A stretch of DNA of 64,000 nucleotides from Gammaproteobacteria bacterium (GCA_965243395.1 CBDEUS010000001.1:512001-576000); one strand, 5' to 3'; counted from the first letter of the stretch, positions 1 to 10,978 are shown. Notes: a model not told the origin generated them from the letters alone. Translations and numbers: made by a program.

Positions 1-710
1 CGGTTTTCTTCTGGTAATAATATTTCTACTTGGCTATCTGCATCAACAACAATAGGACGATTACTTAATGTATGTGGACAAATTGGAACCAATACAATCG
101 CACCTAAATTCGGATGCAAAATAGGGCCACCACCTGACAGTGCATAAGCTGTAGAGCCTGTCGGAGTGGCAACTATGTATCCATCAGCACGCAAGGTATT
201 TACATGCTTTTGATTCACGCTAGTTTCTAGCTCTATCATACGAACCATCTGCATGGCGTGCACGACAACATCGTTGATAGCATTACAAGATTTAATTATT
301 TTGTTATCACGAATTAAACTAGCTTGTAAGACAAAACGACTTTCTTCGTAATAATTGCCTAACAAAATTTCATCAAGCTGTTCGGCCATATCCTTTGGAC
401 TAATTTCAGCTAGGAAACCTAAATGTCCAAGATTAATTCCTAGCAAGGGTATGTCCTGCTGAATTAGTTTATGTCCGGCGTGTAAAATTGTGCCGTCTCC
501 GCCTACGACAATTGCTAAGTCACTATTACTTGCAATTTCTTCAGTACTGCTCGAGCTTTGTGAGCTGGATGTTAAAAATGATGTAGATACGGCATCCGTA
601 TAGATTTCTAACTTTCGATCTTGCAGATATTGGAACAGGGCACAAATTGTGCCCGCAATATTGGGATCGTCAGGTTTAGAAATAATACCGATTTTGGAAA
701 ACTGGCTCAC
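1..710 (-). CDS. nadK: NAD(+) kinase (3' part runs off the window start)
   Basis: Manual minus-strand translation from GTG at 710 (MSQFSKIGIISKPDD...) contains VGGDGT, GINLGHLGFL and TPTGSTAYALSGGGP motifs; divergent from hrcA. Not in the ORF track because it is truncated. Confidence 0.93.
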   Translation of the reverse strand, partial: MSQFSKIGIISKPDDPNIAGTICALFQYLQDRKLEIYTDAVSTSFLTSSSQSSSSTEEIASNSDLAIVVGGDGTILHAGHKLIQQDIPLLGINLGHLGFLAEISPKDMAEQLDEILLGNYYEESRFVLQASLIRDNKIIKSCNAINDVVVHAMQMVRMIELETSVNQKHVNTLRADGYIVATPTGSTAYALSGGGPILHPNLGAIVLVPICPHTLSNRPIVVDADSQVEILLPEEN

Positions 711-836
711 GAGTGGTTCTATGTCTTTGATTTTTTTTAAAGCTATCATGGATTTTCTGGTGACACCATGGGGGATCTAAGCGTTAAGCGGATATGAGCC
801 TTCTTGACATGATGAAGTGAGACTGCAATCATTCTT

Positions 837-863
837 TTAGCACTCTCATGCATGGAGTGCTAA
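837..863 (+). promoter_or_regulatory. CIRCE operator (HrcA binding site)
   Basis: Perfect TTAGCACTC-N9-GAGTGCTAA immediately upstream of hrcA; TTGACA -35-like hexamer at 804-809. Confidence 0.95.
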
Positions 864-866
864 ATT

Positions 867-1961
867 TTGACCAAACGACAACATGCTGTTGCCATCAAAA
901 GAATGAGCCCAAACCGAGAACTTAACAATTCGTTAAATGATCGTGCACAACACTTATTAAAGGTGTTGGTGCAAAGTTATATTTCTGATGGCCAACCGAT
1001 GGGTTCACGCAACCTGGCTAAAATGTCTGACCTGGAAATAAGTCCAGCAACAATACGAAATGTTATGGCGGACTTGGAAGAGTTGGGACTTGTTGAATCA
1101 CCCCATACCTCAGCTGGGCGCGTACCAACCACTAAAGGATACCGTTTGTTTGTTGATACCATGTTGACAGTGCAACCCCTCACAACTGATCTCGTCAAGC
1201 GTGTGTCCAAAGATCTTCAATCAGATCTAGGTACTAATAGTTTGGTAGAAAGCGCATCAATGTTACTTTCTGGTTTAACCAGCATGGCGGGTGTAGTCAC
1301 ACTTCCAAAACATGACCGAGTTGAATTAAGGCAAATAGAATTTTTACCTTTATCGGATCGACGTGTATTGGCAATTTTAATTGTTAATCAAAAAGAAGTG
1401 CAAAACCGCATTATTCATACCGATCGTGAATATACTCCTTCAGAGTTACAACAAGCGGCAAATTATTTAAATGAATTATGTGCGGGCCAAGACTTAGTCG
1501 TGGCACGCCAGAAAATTTTACAGGAACTCGATCATGTACGTGAAAACATGAATGAGCTTATGCGTTCTGCTGTTGAAATGGGCGAGAAGATATTTTCAGG
1601 TTCAGATATGGATAAACCTGATTACGTTGTAGTTGGCCAAACGAATTTAATGGAGTATGAAGAGCTTTCCGATATATATAAGTTACGTAGTTTATTCGAT
1701 GCGTTTAATCAGAAACGTGAGTTTTTAAACCTTTTAGATCGATGTATCTGTGCGGAAGGCATACAAATTTTTATTGGCCAAGAATCAGGACACAAAGCAC
1801 TAGACGATTGCAGTGTTGTGACATCCCCTTATACTGTTGATGATGAAATCATGGGCGTGCTCGCAGTGGTGGGACCCACGCGAATGTCTTACGAAAGAGT
1901 AATACCAATTGTTGATCTAACCGCTAAGCTCTTAGGAGAAGCACTAAATAATCATAGCTGA
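867..1961 (+). CDS. hrcA: Heat-inducible transcription repressor HrcA (start may be ATG 903)
   Basis: SPATIRNVMADLEELGL...PHTSAGRVPT.KGYR and C-terminal VVGPTRMSYERVI motifs; CIRCE upstream, grpE-dnaK downstream. Confidence 0.97.
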   Translation: MTKRQHAVAIKRMSPNRELNNSLNDRAQHLLKVLVQSYISDGQPMGSRNLAKMSDLEISPATIRNVMADLEELGLVESPHTSAGRVPTTKGYRLFVDTMLTVQPLTTDLVKRVSKDLQSDLGTNSLVESASMLLSGLTSMAGVVTLPKHDRVELRQIEFLPLSDRRVLAILIVNQKEVQNRIIHTDREYTPSELQQAANYLNELCAGQDLVVARQKILQELDHVRENMNELMRSAVEMGEKIFSGSDMDKPDYVVVGQTNLMEYEELSDIYKLRSLFDAFNQKREFLNLLDRCICAEGIQIFIGQESGHKALDDCSVVTSPYTVDDEIMGVLAVVGPTRMSYERVIPIVDLTAKLLGEALNNHS

Positions 1962-1994
1962 TGCATCCGTTTTCTCGGATTGCTAGTGCATTTA

Positions 1995-2022
1995 CTTGAA
2001 TTTTGAAAATTAGTCTACATAT
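1995..2022 (+). promoter_or_regulatory. Putative sigma-32 promoter for grpE
   Basis: CTTGAA-N14-CTACATAT resembles the RpoH consensus CTTGAA-N13/17-CCCCATNT. Confidence 0.5.
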
Positions 2023-2060
2023 AGCCATATGTATTACTCAATATTATTGAATAAAAGATT

Positions 2061-2600
2061 ATGACCGATATTGAACAAAATGTTGACACAGAAGACTCGA
2101 ATCAAGATGAGTCTTCTTCTGAGCCTGCTAATAACGACCTTGCTAAACAATTGGAAGACGCGCAACAACTTGCGGCAGACAGTCAAGACAAAATGATACG
2201 TATCCAGGCGGAAATGGAAAATTTACGAAAACGAACAGAACGTGATGTAACTAATGCCCATAAATATGCAAATGAAAAATTTGCTAATGAATTGTTACAA
2301 GTAAAAGATAGTTTAGAGATGGGTCTTAATATGAGTGAAGAAGAAATCAATCTCGAAAAACTGAAAGAAGGTACTGAACTTACATTAAAAATGTTAAGCA
2401 GCGCATTTGAAAAATTTTCAATTGAAGAAATCAATCCAATAGGCGAGGCTTTTGATCCCAATCTTCATGAAGCCATGACCATGCAGGAAAGCACTGAACA
2501 TGAACCGAATACCGTGCTAACTGTTATGCAGAAAGGCTATACCTTACACGGCCGTCTAATTCGACCTGCGATGGTTATCGTCTCTAAAGCAGCTAAATAA
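2061..2600 (+). CDS. grpE: Nucleotide exchange factor GrpE
   Basis: AEMENLRKR, FDPNLHEAM and QKGYTLHGRLIRPAMVIV motifs; synteny. Confidence 0.98.
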   Translation: MTDIEQNVDTEDSNQDESSSEPANNDLAKQLEDAQQLAADSQDKMIRIQAEMENLRKRTERDVTNAHKYANEKFANELLQVKDSLEMGLNMSEEEINLEKLKEGTELTLKMLSSAFEKFSIEEINPIGEAFDPNLHEAMTMQESTEHEPNTVLTVMQKGYTLHGRLIRPAMVIVSKAAK

Positions 2601-2652
2601 CAGTTTCGAGAATAAAATGGGGCAAAAAAGGCGATATTTTTATTAATTTATG

Positions 2653-2680
2653 CTTGAAAAAGGCTATTTCGGCCCAATTT
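2653..2680 (+). promoter_or_regulatory. Putative sigma-32 promoter for dnaK
   Basis: CTTGAA-N14-CCCAATTT upstream of dnaK. Confidence 0.6.
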
Positions 2681-2746
2681 TAAAGAATAAATAAGTATTT
2701 GATTAAAATTTAACCAACCATATTTTGAGATTTTTGGAGAACAGCG

Positions 2747-4660
2747 ATGGGTAAGATCATTGGGATAGATTTAGGTACCACCAACTCATGCGTGGCCGTC
2801 ATGGAAGGTACTTCACCTAAAGTCATTGAGAATAGTGAAGGTGATAGAACCACACCTTCTATTGTGGCATTCACTGAAGATGATGAGGTGCTTGTTGGTC
2901 AAGCGGCAAAACGTCAATCGGTTACTAATCCTCAAAATACTTTATACGCTATAAAACGCTTAGTAGGCCGTCGTTATGAAGAGGACGCGGTGCAAAAAGA
3001 TATCAAGCTTGTTCCTTATAAAATTATCAAAGCAGATAACGGTGATGCATGGGTAGAAGTGGGTGGTAAAAAAATGGCTCCACCTGAAGTTTCTGCACGT
3101 GTATTAATGAAAATGAAAAAAACAGCTGAAGATTATCTCGGTGAAGAGGTAACAGAAGCCGTTATTACTGTACCGGCATATTTTAATGACTCGCAACGTC
3201 AAGCGACTAAAGACGCAGGTAAAATTGCCGGACTTGAAGTAAAAAGAATTATCAATGAGCCAACAGCCGCCGCATTGGCTTATGGCATGGACAAAAAACG
3301 CGGTGATAGCAAAATTGCTGTCTACGATTTAGGTGGTGGTACTTTTGATATTTCGATAATCGAAATTGCTGAAGTTGATGGCGAACACCAATTCGAAGTG
3401 TTATCTACAAATGGTGATACTTTCTTAGGTGGTGAAGATTTTGATATGCGTTTAATTGACTACCTTGCAGACGAGTTTAAAAAAGATCAAGGCTTTGATC
3501 TACACAATGACCCGCTTGCATTGCAAAGACTTAAAGAAGCGGCTGAAAAAGCTAAAATCGAATTATCTTCTGGTCAGCAAACAGAAGTTAATCTACCTTA
3601 TATCACTGCGGATGCTTCAGGCCCTAAACATTTAAATATTAAATTAACGCGTGCCAAGCTTGAGTCACTTGTTGACGAATTAGTGCAACGTACGATTCCA
3701 CCCTGTAAGCAAGCACTTGAGGATGCCGGTTTGTCGGCATCTGATATCGATGATGTCATTTTAGTTGGTGGTCAAACACGTATGCCAAAAGTGCAGGAAA
3801 CTGTACAAGACTTTTTTGGTAAAGAGCCACGTAAAGATGTAAATCCTGATGAAGCTGTGGCTGTAGGTGCTGCTATCCAAGCTGGTGTACTGGGTGGTGA
3901 TGTTAAAGACGTATTGTTGTTAGATGTCACTCCACTTTCATTGGGTATTGAAACCTTAGGTGGAGTTATGACGAAATTAATTGAAAAGAACACAACGATA
4001 CCTACCAATGCTCAACAAGTGTTTTCTACAGCAGAAAATAATCAAACGGCTGTAACCGTGCATGTTCTGCAAGGTGAACGTGAGCAAGCTACTGCGAATA
4101 AATCTTTAGGTCGTTTTGACTTAACAGATATTCCTCCTGCACAACGTGGTGTGCCGCAAATTGAAGTGACTTTTGATATTGATGCGAATGGTATTTTAAA
4201 TGTTTCAGCAAAAGACAAAGCAACGGGTAAAGAGCAATCGATAGTGATCAAAGCTTCCAGTGGCTTATCTGATGATGAAATTGAAAATATGGTCAAAGAT
4301 GCTGAAGCGCATGCTGAAGAAGACAAGAAATTTAGTGAGCTGGTTGCAGCCCGTAATACTGCAGACCAAATGATTCATGCAACGGAAAAATCTCTTGAAG
4401 AAATGGGAGATAAAGTTGAGCAAGAAGAACGCATGCAAATAGAAAATGCAGTTAAAGATCTTAAAGAAGTTTTAGATAAAGATGATAAAGATGTTATTGA
4501 AACAAAAACTCAAGCATTGGCAGAAGCGTCAAGTAAGTTAGCAGAGCGCATGTATGCGCAAGATGCTGCGAGTGGAGAAGCAGGCTCACAAGATGCCAAT
4601 GCCGCCGCAGATGACGATGTGGTAGATGCAGAGTTTGAAGAAGTTGATGACAACAAATAG
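2747..4660 (+). CDS. dnaK: Chaperone DnaK (Hsp70)
   Basis: [19 protein letters not shown] and the DAEFEEV C-terminus. Confidence 0.99.
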   Translation: MGKIIGIDLGTTNSCVAVMEGTSPKVIENSEGDRTTPSIVAFTEDDEVLVGQAAKRQSVTNPQNTLYAIKRLVGRRYEEDAVQKDIKLVPYKIIKADNGDAWVEVGGKKMAPPEVSARVLMKMKKTAEDYLGEEVTEAVITVPAYFNDSQRQATKDAGKIAGLEVKRIINEPTAAALAYGMDKKRGDSKIAVYDLGGGTFDISIIEIAEVDGEHQFEVLSTNGDTFLGGEDFDMRLIDYLADEFKKDQGFDLHNDPLALQRLKEAAEKAKIELSSGQQTEVNLPYITADASGPKHLNIKLTRAKLESLVDELVQRTIPPCKQALEDAGLSASDIDDVILVGGQTRMPKVQETVQDFFGKEPRKDVNPDEAVAVGAAIQAGVLGGDVKDVLLLDVTPLSLGIETLGGVMTKLIEKNTTIPTNAQQVFSTAENNQTAVTVHVLQGEREQATANKSLGRFDLTDIPPAQRGVPQIEVTFDIDANGILNVSAKDKATGKEQSIVIKASSGLSDDEIENMVKDAEAHAEEDKKFSELVAARNTADQMIHATEKSLEEMGDKVEQEERMQIENAVKDLKEVLDKDDKDVIETKTQALAEASSKLAERMYAQDAASGEAGSQDANAAADDDVVDAEFEEVDDNK

Positions 4661-4688
4661 CATTTAAGTTGCTATAAAACTTAATTAG

Positions 4689-4723
4689 AAAATCCGAGTA
4701 CGTGAAGACGTCCTCGGATTTTT
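4689..4723 (+). terminator. Hairpin/intrinsic terminator between dnaK and dnaJ
   Basis: AAAATCCGAG ... CTCGGATTTTT inverted repeat. Confidence 0.6.
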
Positions 4724-4750
4724 CATATTTAGCTAAATAAATTTAAAAGC

Positions 4751-5875
4751 ATGGATAAAAAAGATTATTACGATGTTCTTGGGGTAGAACGAAACGCAAG
4801 TGAAGGAGAATTGAAAAAAACCTTCCGACGTCTTGCAATGAAATATCACCCTGATCGTAATCCAGGTGATAAAGAAGCCGAAGAAAAATTTAAAGAAGCT
4901 AAAGAAGCCTATGAAGTGTTAGGGGATCCTAGTAAACGCCAAGCTTATGATCAATTTGGTCACGCGGGTGTGCAAGGAGGTGTTGGAGGCGGCGCAGCAG
5001 ATTTTGGCGATATATTTGGCGATATCTTCGGTGACATATTTGGGGGTGGTCGCGGGGGAGGACAGCGTGTCTATCGTGGTGCAGACCTTCAATACAGTTT
5101 GCAAGTAAGTCTCGAAGAAGCCGTATTTGGCGCTGAGTCAACAATCGAGATTCCAAAGCAAACTACTTGTGAAAAATGTGATGGTTCAGGCGCTGCACCA
5201 AACTCAACAATCGAAACCTGTGAAACTTGCGGTGGTGTTGGACAAGTTCGCATGCAGCAAGGTTTCTTTTCAATTCAACAGACATGTCCTACATGCAGAG
5301 GCAAAGGTAAGATCATTAAAGTACCTTGTGATTATTGTAATGGCACCGGTCGCACCAAACAAAATAAAAAATTATCCATTAAAGTCCCAGCTGGTGTAGA
5401 TACAGGAGATCGAATTCGTTTATCGGGTGAAGGTGAAGCGGGACCTAATAACGGTCCACCAGGCGACCTTTATGTGGAAATTAATGTGCGCTCACATGAA
5501 TTATTTACCCGTGATGATAATGATCTGTTGTGCCAAGTCCCCATTAGTTTCAGTCTAGCTGCATTGGGTGGTGAAATTGAGGTACCGACACTTAATGGGA
5601 AAGTTAAGTTGAAAATACCCAGCGAAACGCAATCAGGGCGACTATTTAGATTACGTGGTAAAGGCGTAAAACCGGTAAGGGGTGGTATTACAGGTGATAT
5701 GTTATGCACCACCATCGTTGAAACACCAATTAACTTAACTAAAAAGCAAAAAGATCTCATCCAGGAATTTTCTACAGAATTAGAAAAAGGTGGAAATCGT
5801 CATAGCCCTAAATCTCATTCATGGACGGATAATGTAAGGGGCTTCTTTGATAACTTAAAATTCTGGGACGAATGA
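4751..5875 (+). CDS. dnaJ: Chaperone DnaJ
   Basis: J-domain HPD motif, G/F region, four CxxCxGxG zinc repeats. Confidence 0.99.
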   Translation: MDKKDYYDVLGVERNASEGELKKTFRRLAMKYHPDRNPGDKEAEEKFKEAKEAYEVLGDPSKRQAYDQFGHAGVQGGVGGGAADFGDIFGDIFGDIFGGGRGGGQRVYRGADLQYSLQVSLEEAVFGAESTIEIPKQTTCEKCDGSGAAPNSTIETCETCGGVGQVRMQQGFFSIQQTCPTCRGKGKIIKVPCDYCNGTGRTKQNKKLSIKVPAGVDTGDRIRLSGEGEAGPNNGPPGDLYVEINVRSHELFTRDDNDLLCQVPISFSLAALGGEIEVPTLNGKVKLKIPSETQSGRLFRLRGKGVKPVRGGITGDMLCTTIVETPINLTKKQKDLIQEFSTELEKGGNRHSPKSHSWTDNVRGFFDNLKFWDE

Positions 5876-5995
5876 AATACGCCTTTTAACTCAATACTTT
5901 GTTGCAATGTTTTTTCCGTTACTCATTTACTTCGTGTAAACTCCGTTACTCAAAAACATTGCGCCTCGTCTTGAGTTAAAATTCGTTATTTCATT
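5871..5995. repeat. Long imperfect palindromic element, copy 1
   Basis: Nested stems AATGAAATA/TATTTCATT, TTTTAACTCAA/TTGAGTTAAAA, GCAATGTTTTT/AAAAACATTGC and TTTAC/GTAAA; shares identical CTCAATACTTTGTT and GCCTCGTCTTGAG with the element at 41620-41736. Confidence 0.85.
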
Positions 5996-6008
5996 TATCA
6001 GAATATAA

Positions 6009-7395
<1,387 letters not shown>

Positions 7396-7419
7396 CCAAA
7401 CGCTACATTGGAGTACATC

Positions 7420-7782
7420 ATGGCATTAACTTATGTTTTGCTTTTATTTTCTGGCTTGTTTATTGGTATAGCGGCATCATTTACTGGTCTGGGGGGCGGA
7501 TTTTTAATGGTGCCTTTATTAATTGCACTTGGCTATACCGCGCAAAAAGCGGTAGGCACCTCTTTTCTAGCTATTTTGATCATTGCAGTTTCTGCTGTAT
7601 TCGCACATTCAAAATTTGCCAATGTAGATTTTAAAATTGCCATAGCTTTAGGTTTAGGAGGAATTATTGGTGCACAAATAGGCCCTTATTTATTAGAGCA
7701 TGTATCTACCGCAAATTTTAAAAAGATATTTTCATTTATATTGATCGCATTCGCAGGCTATCTATTTTTCAGCAAAACATAA
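7420..7782 (+). CDS. Half-size TauE/SafE-family sulfite exporter-like membrane protein
   Basis: GLGGGFLMVP and AQKAVGTS motifs, about 4 TM segments; GGAG RBS before ATG 7420. Confidence 0.8.
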   Translation: MALTYVLLLFSGLFIGIAASFTGLGGGFLMVPLLIALGYTAQKAVGTSFLAILIIAVSAVFAHSKFANVDFKIAIALGLGGIIGAQIGPYLLEHVSTANFKKIFSFILIAFAGYLFFSKT

Positions 7783-8102
7783 TGGACATTGAAACAGACG
7801 AAGATGGGTTTTTATTAGATCCCGGAGATTGGACAGAAGAAATTGCTGAATATATAGCGGAAAAAGAAAATGTAGAATTAACTGATGAGCGTTGGTATTT
7901 AATACACCTCATTCGCGAGTATTATTCGTATTATGGCGCTGTTCCAGAATTACGTAAAATACTAAAAAAATTAAAAGAAGAATTAGGCCGGGAAAAAGCA
8001 ACTCGCAAATATGTCTATGGCCTTTTCCCTTATGGCTACGGTCAGCAAGGGTGCAAAATAGCCGGTATGCGGCAACCTAAAAAACTCTGGTTGGACTTAT
8101 AA
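7782..8102 (+). CDS. DsrC/TusE-family sulfur relay-like protein lacking the C-terminal Cys
   Basis: ETDEDGFLLDP.DW.E.IA...A..E...LT, LFPYG and GCKIAG motifs; ends KKLWLDL rather than the usual P..C(V/I). TAATG overlap with the upstream gene. Confidence 0.88.
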   Translation: MDIETDEDGFLLDPGDWTEEIAEYIAEKENVELTDERWYLIHLIREYYSYYGAVPELRKILKKLKEELGREKATRKYVYGLFPYGYGQQGCKIAGMRQPKKLWLDL

Positions 8103-8126
8103 TTAATATTTTAGCTTGATAAGAAT

Positions 8127-8345
8127 ATGAAATTTCGGATTTTAATTTTGATATTAAACGCACTGCTCTTTATTGGATGTAGTGATCAATCATATGTTGA
8201 AGAAAAACCTCACTCTTCAAAACTCAGTGATGACAATGTGTTTAAAGGTTATGAATCTGCTTTAGACAAGGCTAAAGGGGTTGAGCAAACGATTATGGAT
8301 GCGGCGGAACAACGAAGAAAAGAATTAGAAGATCGTGGATATTAG
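8127..8345 (+). CDS. Small hypothetical lipoprotein
   Basis: Hydrophobic N-terminus with a lipobox-like LFIG-C, then a helical charged region. Confidence 0.7.
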   Translation: MKFRILILILNALLFIGCSDQSYVEEKPHSSKLSDDNVFKGYESALDKAKGVEQTIMDAAEQRRKELEDRGY

Positions 8346-8443
8346 ACTTATTTCTAATAAGTTTCGAGATGGAAAGAAAAGCGCTATATTTAGAATTGAA
8401 TAAACACAATTGGCTAAAAGTAAACATAAACTTAGATTAAAGC

Positions 8444-8737
8444 ATGCCTAATTGTCCATTTTGTGATTTCATAATTTCAGGCAAGGATGTCAAAAATACT
8501 ATTAGCTTTAAGTCATATAGCAGTTGTCCAAATTGCGACGGTCATTACACAATAGACCGAGCAACTAAACGTAGACAAATAATTGCAATTCTCATAGCAC
8601 TAATTTCTCTAACGTTTACAATTGGATGGTGCTTCTTAAATCAAGAATGGCTGATACCAAGTATTGTAAGTTATATTGTACTTATTGGGTTTATTATATG
8701 GGCCAATCGCAAAGTTCGTTATATTGCGTACAAATGA
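8444..8737 (+). CDS. Hypothetical zinc-ribbon membrane protein
   Basis: CPFC ... CPNC pair followed by two TM helices. Confidence 0.65.
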   Translation: MPNCPFCDFIISGKDVKNTISFKSYSSCPNCDGHYTIDRATKRRQIIAILIALISLTFTIGWCFLNQEWLIPSIVSYIVLIGFIIWANRKVRYIAYK

Positions 8738-8762
8738 CTCTTATGACTATAAGGAGACTAGT

Positions 8763-8921
8763 ATTAAATTTGACTGGCTTTCAACGCTACTGGTTACTTT
8801 ACTCATAGCAACACTGTTAGCATTTTTTACTGGAATTTTTCCTTATCCATATGGTTGGATTATTCTTACAATTGTGCTCATCGCTAGGCTAAGAGCTATT
8901 AGTAGAATGAATGACAGTTAA
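8763..8921 (+). CDS. Small two-TM membrane protein (probable ATT start)
   Basis: AAGGAG at 8751-8756 lies 6 nt before an in-frame ATT at 8763; product KFDWLSTLLVTLLIATLLAFFTGIFPYPYGWIILTIVLIARL. Confidence 0.55.
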   Translation: MKFDWLSTLLVTLLIATLLAFFTGIFPYPYGWIILTIVLIARLRAISRMNDS

Positions 8922-9360
8922 AGACTTAAAACAATTATTTTTTTAGTTCTAAGAACTTTGATCTGATGCAACACCCATGTTTCAGCTCATAATCGAACAT
9001 CCATGGACTAATATCTCTTGATTCACGATTAACAATAATTAGAAAATATTCATTTGGGCAACAATAAGGCCTTATGCATTAAAACTATTAAATATAGAAA
9101 GAATAAGTCCTGATAGTCCTATTGCGAATAAAATAAAATCTGGATAAAAAACTTTTCTTAAATAATTATTAATTTTTGTTTTCATTTTTTATTATTATCT
9201 TTTGCTTTTACAGCTAGTTGTTATTCTGCAATAGCGTTTTAATGTTGGTTTTATCAGTTATAAATTGTTATTTAAACTGTTCCCATACAATATACGCTGC
9301 TGCTAAGCCCATAATTAAAAATATAAATTCATACATTTTTCTAACGAGTTAAATTGATTT

Positions 9361-9541
9361 AAAAAGCCCCGCGGGGTTTGGGCGGGGCGTGATTAATCGT
9401 AAATCCGGCGGAGGAGGTTTACGATTGTTATACGATACGAAAGTATTTAATTTCTAAAATACAGTTCGCAACCGCGTACAAATAGAGTTAGCAACAAACG
9501 TACCAAACAAAGCATGTCTGCAAATCAGTCACATACGTTGT
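9361..9541 (-). ncRNA. Candidate small RNA with CCUCCUCC-loop hairpin and intrinsic terminator
   Basis: Minus strand: TATACT -10-like hexamer (9548-9553), 9-bp stem AATCGTAAA/TTTACGATT enclosing CCTCCTCC, then a GCCCCGC/GCGGGGC hairpin followed by TTTTT. Confidence 0.45.
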
Positions 9542-9737
9542 TAATTAAGTATATTTTTCCGATACTGAAAACTTTTTGTGCATAGATGCACTAAATATTG
9601 ACATCCATACCGGCTGCAACGAGGAGTGCTAGTTCGCTTAAAATTGGTCAGAATTTGGGCAAAAACAAAATTGTTTGTTTCACTAGGCGTTTGATTTGAG
9701 TACAATTCTCCCGGTCCACACCGACTGCATAAAAATT

Positions 9738-9766
9738 ACGGGATGACCATAGGTCGTCCCGTTTTT
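9738..9766 (+). terminator. Terminator-like attenuator hairpin in the carA leader
   Basis: ACGGGATGACC-ATA-GGTCGTCCCGT followed by a T run, between a TTCACT/TACAAT promoter-like pair (9679-9706) and the carA start. Confidence 0.65.
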
Positions 9767-9813
9767 ATATCTGCGCCTGTGGTAATTGGGTGTATAAAGA
9801 GGAGAGCAATTTT

Positions 9814-10965
9814 TTGAGCCAACAACCCGCCTTGCTTGCCTTAGAAGACGGGAGTCTTTTTTGGGGAAGCTCTATTGGTATATCGGGTTTGTCGGTAGGG
9901 GAAGTTGTTTTCAATACTTCCATGACAGGATATCAAGAAATTCTCACCGATCCCTCTTACGCTCAACAAATAATTACCTTGACCTACCCACATATTGGCA
10001 ATGTCGGTGCCAATGATGAAGATGAAGAATCACCCAAAATTTTTGCCACTGGGTTAGTTATTCGCGACTTACCAGTGCAGGTTAGCAATTGGCGTCAAGA
10101 GTCTGATTTATCTTCTTATTTGCAAAAAAATAATGTTGTTTCAATTGCCAATATTGATACACGCAGGCTGACCCGAATTTTGCGTGAAAAAGGTGCGCAA
10201 AACGGTGCCATTATGGCAGGTAAAAAGATGAGTGAGATTAATGAAGAGGAGGCATTAGCTGCAGCCAAATCATTTCCCGGCTTAAAAGGTATGGATTTGG
10301 CAAAAGAGGTTACAACTACCAAACCTTATCATTGGGATGAAGGCTGTTGGTCATTAGAGGAGGGGTATAAAAACAATCAAGAGCAAAAAAAATTCAAAGT
10401 TTTCGCCTATGACTTTGGAGTGAAACGTAACATTCTTCGTATTCTTCATGACTTGGGTTGTGAACTGGAAGTGATCCCTGCAAAGACTTCGGCAAGTGAA
10501 GTGTTGGCAAAAAAACCGGATGGTGTATTTCTTTCTAATGGGCCTGGTGATCCTGAACCCTGTGACTATGCAATCAAAGCTATTCAAGAAATTGTTGCAG
10601 CAGGTATACCCACTTTTGGGATTTGTCTAGGGCACCAACTTTTAGGTTTAGCGTGTGGGGCAAATACTATCAAAATGAAATTTGGTCATCATGGCGCGAA
10701 TCATCCAGTACAAGACTTAAAAACTAAAACGGTAATGATTAGCAGTCAGAATCATGGTTTTGCTGTAGACGAAAAAACTTTGCCAAGCGAATTAGAGGCC
10801 ACTCACCGTTCTTTGTTTGATGGTTCTTTACAAGGCATACGCCATACACAAAAACCTGCTTATAGTTTTCAAGGTCATCCTGAAGCCAGTCCTGGGCCGC
10901 AAGATGTAAGACCATTGTTCAACGAATTTATCAAGATGATGCAAGCATATAAGCAGGCAGAATAA
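9814..10965 (+). CDS. carA: Carbamoyl-phosphate synthase small subunit
   Basis: [29 protein letters not shown] and [11 protein letters not shown] motifs; TTG 9814 follows an AGGAG RBS (ORF track start 9790). Confidence 0.98.
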   Translation: MSQQPALLALEDGSLFWGSSIGISGLSVGEVVFNTSMTGYQEILTDPSYAQQIITLTYPHIGNVGANDEDEESPKIFATGLVIRDLPVQVSNWRQESDLSSYLQKNNVVSIANIDTRRLTRILREKGAQNGAIMAGKKMSEINEEEALAAAKSFPGLKGMDLAKEVTTTKPYHWDEGCWSLEEGYKNNQEQKKFKVFAYDFGVKRNILRILHDLGCELEVIPAKTSASEVLAKKPDGVFLSNGPGDPEPCDYAIKAIQEIVAAGIPTFGICLGHQLLGLACGANTIKMKFGHHGANHPVQDLKTKTVMISSQNHGFAVDEKTLPSELEATHRSLFDGSLQGIRHTQKPAYSFQGHPEASPGPQDVRPLFNEFIKMMQAYKQAE

Positions 10966-10978
10966 ATAGTTTAGTCCA

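Noticed and set aside
9339-9433. TTCTAAC ... GTTATAC flanks resembling an integron attC site next to small AT-rich ORFs
   Set aside because: The interior folds as two separate hairpins rather than one long R''-L''-L'-R' stem, no second attC-like site was found, and there is no integrase.
9624-9632. GAGTGCTAG, similar to a CIRCE right arm
   Set aside because: No matching TTAGCACTC left arm at 9-bp spacing and no chaperone gene nearby.
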